Assembly: GCA_965219445.1 (NCBI GenBank)
Contig: CBDCNQ010000003.1
Location: 384,001 to 448,000 of the forward strand
Direction: 5' to 3'
DNA: 64,000 bases
Source of the DNA: Longimicrobiales bacterium
Lineage (GTDB): Bacteria > Gemmatimonadota > Gemmatimonadetes > Longimicrobiales > Gaopeijiaceae
A program made the translations under genes and the position numbers. Positions 48,148 through 57,228 of the stretch are shown here, piece after piece; position 1 is the first letter of the stretch, and each line of letters starts with the position of its first letter. Below the pieces are notes generated by a model that was given only the letters and a program-made list of their open reading frames with translations, did not search any database and was not told where the DNA came from.

Positions 48148-48190
48148 GGCCGGACGGGGAGCGAGCTTGATGACTTCGTAGCCGAATCGC

Positions 48191-49391
48191 ATGTTGGGGT
48201 CCATGTCCTCCACCCAAAAGTCGCCAATCAGTCGGAGCCGTTACGACGTCGTCATAGCCGGAGCACGCTGCGCGGGCGCGTCCACCGCGATGCTCCTGGC
48301 CCGCCAGGGATTGCGAGTGCTTGTCGTCGACCCCACCAGCCGCGGCAGTGACACGTTGTCGACCCACGCGCTCATGCGGGGGGGCGTGCTCCAACTGCAC
48401 CGCTGGGGTGTGCTGGACGCTCTCCGAGCCGCCGAGACCCCCACAATCCGGACGACCACGTTCCATTACGGGGATGAGGTCATCGAAGTCTCGATCAAGG
48501 AGCGAGACGGTGTAGACGGGTTGTATGCTCCGCGTCGGACCGTCCTGGACGCGATACTCGTGGACGCCGCTCTTGCTGCCGGCGCCGAGGTGGTGCACGG
48601 CCACTCCGTCGTCAATGTCCTTCGCACTCCCGACGGTCGCGTGTGCGGTGCAAACATCGCCAGAGCTGACCAACAAGTGATCGATGTGGCTGCCGATCTC
48701 GTCATCGGGGCCGATGGTGTCCGATCCCGCGTCGCGCGAATCTTGCAGGCCGAGCCCGACTACACCGTCGCTCACACCACAGCTTCGATCTACGGCTACC
48801 AGAAAGCTCTGGGGTTGGAGGGATTCCACTGGTTCTACAACGTAGGCGGAGCCGTGGGATCCATCCCGACCAACTATGGCGATACGTGCGTCTTCGCTTC
48901 ACTTCCGCCGACTCGCTTCGAAAAGGACCGAACGAATGGGCTCCACGCCCTCTACCACGCGGTGCTGAGAAGTCTCACCCGACCTGGCGCACAGCGTCAG
49001 CGAAAGCGAGCTCTCTGGGAAGCTCAGAGCTTTCGCAGGCACGACCGGCTTCCTCCGACGCGCGTGCGGGCCGGGCTGGGCTCTGGTCGGTGACGCCGGC
49101 TACTTCCGCGATCCCATTACCGCGCACGGGATCACCGATGCGTTGCGCGACGCCGAGCTTCTCGCCCGGGCCGCGGCGGATGGCAGTGAGGGTGCGTTGG
49201 CGGGGTATCAAGAAACACGGGACGGCCTGGTGAAGGGTCTACTCGACGTCACGGACCGCATCGCCTCGTTCGAGTGGGATCTGGATGAGGCCAAGGAGGA
49301 CCATTTGGTCCTCAGTCGAGAGATGAACGCTGAGGTCGACCTGCTGCGAACTCTGGACCAGGAGTTCGTAGCGCCGCCCGCTGCGGCCTAG
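48191..49391 (+). pseudogene. FAD-dependent oxidoreductase (geranylgeranyl reductase-like), frameshifted near 48965-48972
   Basis: YDVVIAGARCAG and VIGADG in one frame; GPGWALVGDAGYFRDPITAHGITDALRDA in another. Restoring 2 nt at CTGAGAAGTC joins them. Confidence 0.8.
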
Positions 49392-49449
49392 CTGTACTTC
49401 TTCAACAGCGCTCTAATTCCAACAGCTTTCCAATTCAACAGCGTTCTAG
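49392..49449. repeat. solo remnant of the MITE terminal repeat plus degenerate CAACAGC copies
   Basis: CTGTACTTCTTCAACAGC (49392-49409) is the exact reverse complement of 33560-33577. Confidence 0.75.
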
Positions 49450-50756
49450 CCGACGGCGGAAGCTGTGCCCTCCGGCATGGGGAGCGGAGATTCCCCATCG
49501 AGGTAGGCCGCCAGGTGGGTGCTCAGGTCACGAGCATCGTCGCCGGCGCCGTTGATGAGACTCGATTTACGACGGCGGAGGAAGGGAATCCCCATCAAAT
49601 ACATCCCGGCGGCCTCGACCACGCCACCGTCGTGCCGGATGCGGCCCTTGCGGTCAAAGATCGGCATGTCGATCCACGAGTGGTCGGGGCGGAAGCCGGT
49701 AGCCCAGACGATCGTCCGGATTTCACCGCTGTTGAGGTCCAAAGTGAGCGGCGGCGACGCCTCGACCCTGGTGGGCTCGAGGCGGTGCGGCGGAGCAACC
49801 TCGTCATCGAGTCCGTTTTCGGTGGCCCACTCGTCGATCCTGTCGAGTAGCCTGTTCATCTTGAGGTCGGCCATCTCGCACAGGTTCCGCAGAGAGCCCG
49901 AGAACTGCGCCTTGCCCTCGTTGATGCCGGCAATACGACCCAAGAGCTTCACGCCGACCTCGGTCAAGGAGTTGAGATCGAGGGTGCGACGGTCGTCGGA
50001 GCCCGTAAGCTGAAGCGACGGCACACCCCGGACCCGATCGATGTTGTCGACCTCGGTATAGAACTCGTCGAGCACGCCGGCGCGGTCCATCCACGACTTG
50101 ATGTCCTTGCCCCGATAGACGCGAGGTGCACGGATGTGCTCGCCCAAGGCGAGGGTCACGGGCCGACCCGAGCGATGGATCTCATCGGCGATCTGGGTGC
50201 CGCTGGCCGAGGCGCCGACGACGAGCACGCCACCCTGCTCGAGCTGCTCCGGGTTGCGATACTCCTTCGGTGTGAGCGTCGCGATCGAGGACGGCACCGC
50301 CTCGGCTACTGCCGGAATGCGCGGAATCGCGAACGCTCCGCTAGCGATAACGACCGTCCGGCATCGCCAATCACCCTGGTCGGTGGCGACGGCGTAGCCG
50401 TCGTCGGTGCCACGCACGGAGGTCACGGTGGTCCCGCTCTGGACCGGAGCCGAAATCACATCGGCGTACCGCTCGATGAACTCGATCGTCTCGGGCATCC
50501 TACGGAAACCGTCGGGGTCGTCGCCTCTGTAGCCATAGCCCGGCAACCGGCTCTGCCAGTTGGGCGTAAGTAGCCGCAGCGAATCCCACCGCTCGGTCTT
50601 CCACGTGTTGGCCACCTCGCCTCGCTCGAGAACCACATGGTCGATCGATCGATCGGCGAGGCACCGGCTCATGGCCAAACCGGCGTGGCCGGCTCCGATG
50701 ACGACCGTAGTTGTGCCGGCGGGACCCGGTCGTCGAATCCCGCTTTCCTGGGTCAG
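49446..50756 (-). CDS. flavin-containing monooxygenase-like NAD(P)/FAD oxidoreductase (CzcO-like)
   Basis: VVIGAGHAGLAMS upstream of the listed start, W...RWDSLRLLTPNW, VLVVGASASG.QIADE, IVWATGF; CTG 50756 overlaps the OsmC stop. Confidence 0.85.
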   Translation of the reverse strand: MTQESGIRRPGPAGTTTVVIGAGHAGLAMSRCLADRSIDHVVLERGEVANTWKTERWDSLRLLTPNWQSRLPGYGYRGDDPDGFRRMPETIEFIERYADVISAPVQSGTTVTSVRGTDDGYAVATDQGDWRCRTVVIASGAFAIPRIPAVAEAVPSSIATLTPKEYRNPEQLEQGGVLVVGASASGTQIADEIHRSGRPVTLALGEHIRAPRVYRGKDIKSWMDRAGVLDEFYTEVDNIDRVRGVPSLQLTGSDDRRTLDLNSLTEVGVKLLGRIAGINEGKAQFSGSLRNLCEMADLKMNRLLDRIDEWATENGLDDEVAPPHRLEPTRVEASPPLTLDLNSGEIRTIVWATGFRPDHSWIDMPIFDRKGRIRHDGGVVEAAGMYLMGIPFLRRRKSSLINGAGDDARDLSTHLAAYLDGESPLPMPEGTASAVG

Positions 50757-51328
50757 TTGACTTCGACCGTGACGTTCGTGGGATTCGTGATGGCGTCGAA
50801 GACAGCCGACCGCTTTTGCGACTGGGCGACAACCGCCTTGATCTCGTCCGGTGTCGCGTCGGCATCGATGTCGTACGTCACCTTGATGCCATCGAAGCCG
50901 TTCCGTATGTCGCTGTCGATGCCGAGGATCCCCTGGATGTCCATCCCACCCTCGATGGTCGCGGAGACGGAGTTCAGCTGGATGTCACGAAGCTGGGCGA
51001 CGGAGGCGATGCCGGCGGTGAGGCAGCTGGCCAGACTCGCCAATACGATCTCGACCGGCGTCGCACCATGGTCCTCCGACGCGAAGACCTCGGGATGGTC
51101 GGCGTCGAACGTGAATTGGCTCCTGTGCCTCTGCTCCTCGCCGAGTCCGTAGAATCCCTCCACGGTGGAGCGACTGTGCGTGCCCTGCACCCACTCACAC
51201 TTCGCCCGCCACTTGAATTGGGCTGCCTCAGGGGCCTCGGATAGCGCTTCCCGCGCATCGAGCAGTGCGTCGACGTTCACGCCGTTGTCTACGGGGGTGT
51301 CGGTTGGACTCATTTCTGGAGTGCTCAT
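50753..51328 (-). CDS. OsmC family protein
   Basis: NGVNV..L, DADHP....ED.G.TPVE..L..LA.CLTAG, GILG....RNGF..I.V; AAGGAG RBS. Confidence 0.85.
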   Translation of the reverse strand: MSTPEMSPTDTPVDNGVNVDALLDAREALSEAPEAAQFKWRAKCEWVQGTHSRSTVEGFYGLGEEQRHRSQFTFDADHPEVFASEDHGATPVEIVLASLASCLTAGIASVAQLRDIQLNSVSATIEGGMDIQGILGIDSDIRNGFDGIKVTYDIDADATPDEIKAVVAQSQKRSAVFDAITNPTNVTVEVN

Positions 51329-51502
51329 CACTGACTCCTTGCTTCGTTGTATACGGGAGTGGATAATCGATCCACTCCGAGCCTAGCTTGGCGGGACCCA
51401 CACATTACGACATCGAAAGGTCCGCTGGCAAATGCCCCCAGTGAAGACGTCGTTGCTGGTCCGGCTGGCCCGTTGAGGCCGGGGGCGGGAGAGTCCGATG
51501 TG

Positions 51503-52495
51503 CTAGGCCAGGAGCCGCTCCACATCGGTAACCGCGACGGCCTGGGCGAGGCGACTGGTCTCGATCGCGTCGGCAAGCTGGGCCAGCTCGGGGCCCTGGC
51601 CCCCGGCTTCTGGGAGTCGTCGGTTGGCGCCGCCCATGGCTCGTACCGCGTCGAGCAGGAGGTCGTGAAGTCGCTGGTGAGACGCTTCGACAGCCTCCAG
51701 AGGCCCCGTACGCGTCACCGGAGCCGACGCCCCTTGGGCCTTCTGGCTCGCCATGACCCGGCGAGCCTCTTCGACGCGCGCCAAGTCCGTGGCCGCGTCG
51801 GCGGCTAAGGCCAACAGCTCGGATGTGTCCTCTACGATGTCGACGTCTCCGGTCGCCTCCGCTCTCTCCCACAGGAGACGTCCGAGGCGAACGGCATCCG
51901 AAAGGAGAGTGCGTGGGGTCCCCGCGGGTAGGCTCATGAGTGCCGTCACCAACCGCTCCTCGACGGCGCTGGGGAGCCAAGGATCGCTCTTGCCCCCGCA
52001 TGCGGCGGGTCTCCGCAGATGGAGCTGGGCCAAAATCCACAGCAGGCCAGCGTAGAAGGGGCTCCCGAGGAAGAGCAGTTGACCCGAGAGGAGACCCACC
52101 AGGGCACCCACGATCACCACCGACAAGAGCAACAGGCCGAAGCTCGGCGGAATCGGAGCCACTCCCCAGCGCTTCGGTGTGACTTGGGCCGGTACGCCCC
52201 TATGTGCGAAGGCACCGAGAACCCGCTCGGCAGCCCCCAGAGGCACCGAAGCCAGCGGCAGATAGCCCTTGGCCGCCAGATTGAAAGCCTCCCACTCGAC
52301 TCCCGGAGGCAGGATTCCATGCAGATGCTCGGCGACCCTCGCTCGCTCAGCCTTCCGCATGGATTGGCGCACGAACACGAGGCCGTCGCCCGTGCGACCA
52401 GCACAATTGATACAGACTTCGAGGTCCAGGGTGTCGGGGCGGTTGCAGAGAGCGCAGGAGCCCGTCCCCCTCACTGGAATCGTCTCGTTCCTCAT
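51503..52495 (-). CDS. hypothetical membrane protein with N-terminal CxxC...CxxC and helical C-terminus
   Basis: CALC and CINC, two TM helices, coiled-coil-like tail; ATGA overlap with upstream gene. Confidence 0.7.
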   Translation of the reverse strand: MRNETIPVRGTGSCALCNRPDTLDLEVCINCAGRTGDGLVFVRQSMRKAERARVAEHLHGILPPGVEWEAFNLAAKGYLPLASVPLGAAERVLGAFAHRGVPAQVTPKRWGVAPIPPSFGLLLLSVVIVGALVGLLSGQLLFLGSPFYAGLLWILAQLHLRRPAACGGKSDPWLPSAVEERLVTALMSLPAGTPRTLLSDAVRLGRLLWERAEATGDVDIVEDTSELLALAADAATDLARVEEARRVMASQKAQGASAPVTRTGPLEAVEASHQRLHDLLLDAVRAMGGANRRLPEAGGQGPELAQLADAIETSRLAQAVAVTDVERLLA

Positions 52496-53091
52496 CGAGC
52501 CTCGATCTCCGCGATCATGCTCAGGGCGTTCCGCCGCCAGCCGTCGTCTGGATCGTAGTACTCGAGGAAGCTCACCAGGTACTTGTGGGCGGCTCCATGA
52601 TTGCCCAGGGCATAGCGCGCGGCCCCCGCGTGATAGAGGGCCATGTAATGGTTGGGCCAGAAATCCACTACCAGCTCCATGATGGGGCCGGCGGCAAGGT
52701 CATCCCCGGCGTCCGCCACCGGATGTCCTACGTTGAAGACCACTCCGGCCGCTTTCCAACGCTGATCCTCGGGGAGTTGGAGAATCCGCTCCCGTGCCGA
52801 CTCCATGCGCCCCGCGAGTGCGAAGCAGGCCGCCTCATACGCGGTGCCATCGGCGGATCGAGGTGCGGGGCTCCAGGCGAGCCGGGTGTCGACCTCCACC
52901 GGGTTGCAGTAAGCCTTCATGGAGCGGAACCAGCTCGCTGCATCCGTGGGGTCGGCGTCGGGCGGGTCCTCGACGGTGAAGGTGACAGTGAAAGGAAGAT
53001 CGTCAGAGATCTCCACAGGCTCGGGGGACCTCATGAGGTAAACCAAGCTCAAGCCAACGTAGAGCAGTCCTAGTAGATAGATCTTCCGCAC
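52492..53091 (-). CDS. membrane-anchored or exported TPR-like hypothetical protein
   Basis: GGAGG RBS, N-terminal hydrophobic helix, WPNHYMALYHAG...Y.LG....A..YL..FL TPR-like unit. Confidence 0.72.
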   Translation of the reverse strand: MRKIYLLGLLYVGLSLVYLMRSPEPVEISDDLPFTVTFTVEDPPDADPTDAASWFRSMKAYCNPVEVDTRLAWSPAPRSADGTAYEAACFALAGRMESARERILQLPEDQRWKAAGVVFNVGHPVADAGDDLAAGPIMELVVDFWPNHYMALYHAGAARYALGNHGAAHKYLVSFLEYYDPDDGWRRNALSMIAEIEAR

Positions 53092-53189
53092 CGTCGCCTC
53101 CAGGTCCTGAATCGTCTTGCCGTTGTCTCAGAAGGGGACGTTCGAAACCCCACTTCTTGCACACCCTTCGGAGAGCCGGGAAACAGAAT

Positions 53190-53206
53190 CGCAAGGCTTG
53201 TGCCAG
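53190..53206 (-). promoter_or_regulatory. sigma54 (-24/-12) promoter CTGGCACAAGCCTTGCG
   Basis: Matches TGGCAC-N5-TTGC, ~100 nt upstream of the GTG at 53091 in a divergent intergenic region. Confidence 0.75.
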
Positions 53207-53443
53207 GAAGTGTGGGGGCCGAGGCCGTGAAAAAGCTAGTAATTACAGCATTCGTCAGGGGATTTGGGCCTCTTCGGCGCACTGAGCTCGGAAAAAGTGA
53301 CGAAAACGGCACGGCGTGGCCGATCACGGCAGGAGTGAGCGTGTGCGCACCCGTGGCATTGATTCGTTCGGGCCTCGACCGATCGCTTCGTTGAATGGGA
53401 AAAATTTGATGGCGGTGTGGCTCGAGCGCGCACATGTTTTACT

Positions 53444-54209
53444 ATGACGAGCTCACTGGCTTTTAGACTCCGGAACACCCTGTGCTCCGCGTTCGGCGTA
53501 TGGCTGGCGGCATGCGCTGGCGGCATGCGCTGGCGGCGCAGGACCGGCAACTCCGGCACCCGAGACGGTGGTGGTAGTCGACACCGTAGTGGTCCCCTCG
53601 GCAGCGGATCCCGAACTCGAACAACGCCTCGCGACCGTCCAGCTCCAACTCTTGGAACGCGCGGCCCAGGTGCAAGACGTTCAACGTCAACTCGATGCGG
53701 CGCGACGAGAAGTCGTGCGCGCGATGGCACGATTGCAGACGTTGGCCAGTCGCGCAGAAGCTGCGTCGGCGATGGCCGAGGCGGAAATCGGGGTGGAGGC
53801 CGTAATCGGAGCTGCGGCAGATGAGGAAGTGCCCGAGGCGGCTCAGGCACGGCGGCTCCTCGAGCTCAGCACGACCGAGTTCGCCGGTGAGAACTACGGC
53901 GGTGCACTCTACTTGGCGAGCCAGGCCCGTAGCGTGGCCCGCGCGGGCGAGTTCCGCCACGCCAGCGCTGAGCACGGGGACCGGCAACCCAGTGAAGTCC
54001 TGTTCGCTCTACCGGTACCGCTCGAAACGGCACGGCGCAGCAACGTACGAACGGGGCCGGGGCTAGGGTTTCGTGTCCTCTTTACGGTCGATCCTGCGAC
54101 ACCGGTCGTGGGGCATTCGTATACTGAAGAGTGGGTGCGGATCAACGACGACCAGGGTCGCGACGGCTGGATTTTCCACAACCTTGTTAAGGAGCCCGGG
54201 GGCGAATAG
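53444..54209 (+). pseudogene. coiled-coil plus SH3b lipoprotein, frameshifted by a 13-bp duplication
   Basis: Signal peptide/lipobox (WLAAC) from ATG 53444 is out of frame with the body (SNVRTGPG, W..I....G..GWIF); GCTGGCGGCATGC is duplicated at 53503-53528. Confidence 0.78.
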
Positions 54210-54232
54210 CCGGTAGTAGGACGCGACCTCCG

Positions 54233-56026
54233 CTACTTCGTTGTCTTCGCAGTCTTCCTCTTTGCCCTCGTTGGCTTCTTCCTCGTCGTCGTCTTCGAAG
54301 TCTTTGTCGTCGTCGTCTTCTTCGGCGTCGTCGTCTTCTTCGCTTTCTTCGCTGCCGTTGCTGCGGTCGTCTGGCGGCCGCGACTCGCACGTGCCACCCG
54401 ATCACGTCCGCGCCGCTTAGCTTGGTAAAGAGCCGCATCTGCCGATACGATCAGGGACTCGGGTGAATCCCCATCGATGGGAAACTCGGCGGCCCCGACA
54501 CTCACCGTCACCGTGACGGCCTGCTTCCCTACGGCCACAGTGCGCTCGGTCAGTCGCTCCCGTATTCGCTCCGCTGCCTTGAGCGCGCCGTCCATGTCCG
54601 TGTCCGGCAGCATGACCAGGAATTCCTCCCCTCCGTAGCGCGCGACGTGATCGATCTCGCGCGTCTCCTCCTGCAGGACCTCAGCGACCCCCTTGAGGGC
54701 CTCGTCTCCCGCGAAATGCCCATGGGTATCATTGAACTTTTTGAAACGGTCGACATCGGCCATGAGGATTGCGAACGCTTTTTTCGAGCGGCGCGAGCGA
54801 CGCGTTTCGCTTTCAAGCCTCTCCATCAGGTGTCGGCGGTTCGAGATCCCGGTGAGCGGGTCGGTCACCAGCAACTCCTCGAGCTGCTGCCGTCCTTCGC
54901 GCAGCCGAGCCACCATCCCGTTGAACACTTCGGTGAGGTAACCAACCTCGCCCTTACCCACAGGCAGATCCACCGCGAGGTCACCCCCCGCGACCTCCGC
55001 GGCACCCTTGGTCAGCCGATCCAACGGGCGCACGATGAATAGGCCGAGCCCGTAGGCGATGAAGCCAACCACGACCAGGAGCCCTGTCACGAGAAGCGCC
55101 GTCACGTCGCGTAGCTGGGCGACCTGTGCGTACGCCTCCTCCGCCGTGATCTCCGCCACGACCGCCCACTCCGGGCTGAGAACCCGCTGGAGGGTTCCAA
55201 TGACCTCTCTCCCATCACGATCTGCGTATGTGACGGGACTGCGCTCGTTCGCGAAAAGGAGCTCCACCGTGCCGGACGTGAGCCTCCGCTCGGTGGGTGG
55301 GCGCTCGTCGGTGCGTAAGCTCACGATCTCGGTACCGTCTGGCGCGATCACGTATAAGTCGCCCGAGTCGCCCGGAGCGAACACGAGCAGAGTGGTCAAC
55401 ACGGCACGGTAGGTGACGTTGGCCACGAGCGCGCCCACGAAGCTCTGGTTCGCGGCGGTAACGGGAACGGCGATGGTCATGAGCGGCTGGCCGAGCTGGT
55501 CGGTCTGGTACGCGTCCGCAATCACCACCTGATCCGCCGCTACGCGCTCGAGCCAGTCGGGTGGGAGATGCACGTCACCGGGGCGCTCGGCGCTCGTCGC
55601 GACCGGCTCGCCTTCCCGGTCGACGACGATCAACTCCTCGTAGTCCGGAAACCGCTCCTCGACTGACGTGAGGTAGTCGTTGAGCCGAGCAACGGATTGA
55701 GCGCCCCCGTCGGTCCGTCGAGCGCGCTCGACGTTCTCGGTTACCTCGTAGGAGCTCGCGAAGACCCGGACGTCGTAGAGGCGCTCCTTGAACCAAAGGT
55801 CGAGCTCGCGTGCGGTCTGTGCACTCACGCTCTGCAACTCTTCGGCGATCTTGTCGGTAAGGGCAGCACGGTTCTGGACGTAGGAGATCCAGGCCATCCC
55901 CAGGGAGGGAACCAGCGTAGCCAATAACGCGAGGCCCACGATCCGGCTCTTGATGCTCTCGAGCCGAAACACTTTGGGAACCTGCTCGACGACCGTTTTG
56001 GTGAGGTGTGTGGTACGTTCAGGCAT
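54233..56026 (-). CDS. diguanylate cyclase (TM-Cache-like sensor-TM-HAMP-GGDEF) with Lys/Thr-rich tail
   Basis: TDPLTG..NRR, DVDRFKKFND..GH..GD, RxxD (REID), RYGGEEF, ADAALYQAK..GRD. Confidence 0.93.
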   Translation of the reverse strand: MPERTTHLTKTVVEQVPKVFRLESIKSRIVGLALLATLVPSLGMAWISYVQNRAALTDKIAEELQSVSAQTARELDLWFKERLYDVRVFASSYEVTENVERARRTDGGAQSVARLNDYLTSVEERFPDYEELIVVDREGEPVATSAERPGDVHLPPDWLERVAADQVVIADAYQTDQLGQPLMTIAVPVTAANQSFVGALVANVTYRAVLTTLLVFAPGDSGDLYVIAPDGTEIVSLRTDERPPTERRLTSGTVELLFANERSPVTYADRDGREVIGTLQRVLSPEWAVVAEITAEEAYAQVAQLRDVTALLVTGLLVVVGFIAYGLGLFIVRPLDRLTKGAAEVAGGDLAVDLPVGKGEVGYLTEVFNGMVARLREGRQQLEELLVTDPLTGISNRRHLMERLESETRRSRRSKKAFAILMADVDRFKKFNDTHGHFAGDEALKGVAEVLQEETREIDHVARYGGEEFLVMLPDTDMDGALKAAERIRERLTERTVAVGKQAVTVTVSVGAAEFPIDGDSPESLIVSADAALYQAKRRGRDRVARASRGRQTTAATAAKKAKKTTTPKKTTTTKTSKTTTRKKPTRAKRKTAKTTK

Positions 56027-56226
56027 ACCTAAAAGGTATGTCTGGCCAGAGCGCCCTGCACGAGAAAAATCACGGCGCGCGGAGGCCGTGGGCGTCCGTC
56101 ACGGCGTCCGGGAGGACTGCTTCGAAACGGGCGGGTCGAGGGGGGGGGTTGATCGCCGAGGTGAACCCTCGTCCGTCCCGAACCGTAGTAGAAGTGAGCC
56201 TATCACCACCTCTCTCTCGATCCGCG

Positions 56227-57228
56227 ATGTATCAGACTTGCATGTTCTGCAACCGCCCACTCGGTGCGAATGAGGTGGTCGAGCACTTCCCAGTGGGTCG
56301 TCGGCTTGCCTTCGACGCGGAGCGGGGCCGTCTCTGGGTCGTGTGCCGTAAGTGTGAGCGCTGGAACCTCTCCCCGCTCGAGGAGCGGTGGGAGGCGGTG
56401 GAGATGTGCGAGAGGCTTTTCACGGACACTCGGATACGCGTGTCGACGGAGAACGTGGGCCTGGCGAAGCACCCGGAGGGTCTCGAGCTCGTGCGGATCG
56501 GCCGTCCGATGAGGCCGGAGTTCGCGGCCTGGCGCTACGGAGACCAATTTGGCCGCCGTCGCAAGCGTGCGATGCTCTACGGCGCAGGTGGCGCCGCCGT
56601 GATCGGCGGAATCGTCGTCGGTGGTGCGGTGACCGGCGTAATCGGTGCCGGTCTCCTGGCTCAGAGTGGCAACCTCGTGAACCTGTGGGTGAACGGGCGC
56701 ACCTTGGCCAAGCTGCGCACCGACGACGGACGGGTCCTCAGGCTGAAAAATACCGATCTTCTGGGTACACGCCTGCGGCCAGCACTCGACGAACCCGGCT
56801 TCTGGCTAGAGCTACGCAAACGCGGGAAGAAGGAGTCGTTCGAGGGGGTGCAGGCAGAGCGCCTCCTCGGCCAAATAGTTCCCAAGATGAACCGCAGAGG
56901 CGGCAAGAAGGAGACCGTCCAGACTGCGGTCTCCGAGATCGAGCACCACGGTCACCCCATCGATTTCCTCTCGGACGTGGTTACCGGAGACCGCTTCAAG
57001 GACAGGAGCGGCGTTCCGGGATACGTGAACAAGATGCCTGAACACACGAAACTCGCCCTGGAGATGGCCCTCCACGAGGAGCAGGAGCGGCGCGCCCTCG
57101 AGGGTGAGCTGTGGCGTCTGGAGCGGGCGTGGGAGGAGGCCGAAGAGATCGCGGCGATCGCAGACGACCTCTTGCTCCCGACTGGGACGGATGACTTCAT
57201 CGAGAAGCACCGGGAGGAAGAGGGTTGA
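56227..57228 (+). CDS. hypothetical protein with N-terminal zinc-ribbon-like cysteines and a Gly-rich TM segment
   Basis: CMFC...CRKC, central GGAAVIGGIVVGG, C-terminal LALEMALHEE.ERRALEGEL..LE.AW.EAEEIA.IADDLL. Confidence 0.8.
   Translation: MYQTCMFCNRPLGANEVVEHFPVGRRLAFDAERGRLWVVCRKCERWNLSPLEERWEAVEMCERLFTDTRIRVSTENVGLAKHPEGLELVRIGRPMRPEFAAWRYGDQFGRRRKRAMLYGAGGAAVIGGIVVGGAVTGVIGAGLLAQSGNLVNLWVNGRTLAKLRTDDGRVLRLKNTDLLGTRLRPALDEPGFWLELRKRGKKESFEGVQAERLLGQIVPKMNRRGGKKETVQTAVSEIEHHGHPIDFLSDVVTGDRFKDRSGVPGYVNKMPEHTKLALEMALHEEQERRALEGELWRLERAWEEAEEIAAIADDLLLPTGTDDFIEKHREEEG

Noticed and set aside
54270..54360. GTC/TTC-rich microsatellite or CRISPR-like repeat
   Set aside because: It is the coding sequence of the cyclase's Lys/Thr tail; no repeat-spacer structure and no cas genes.
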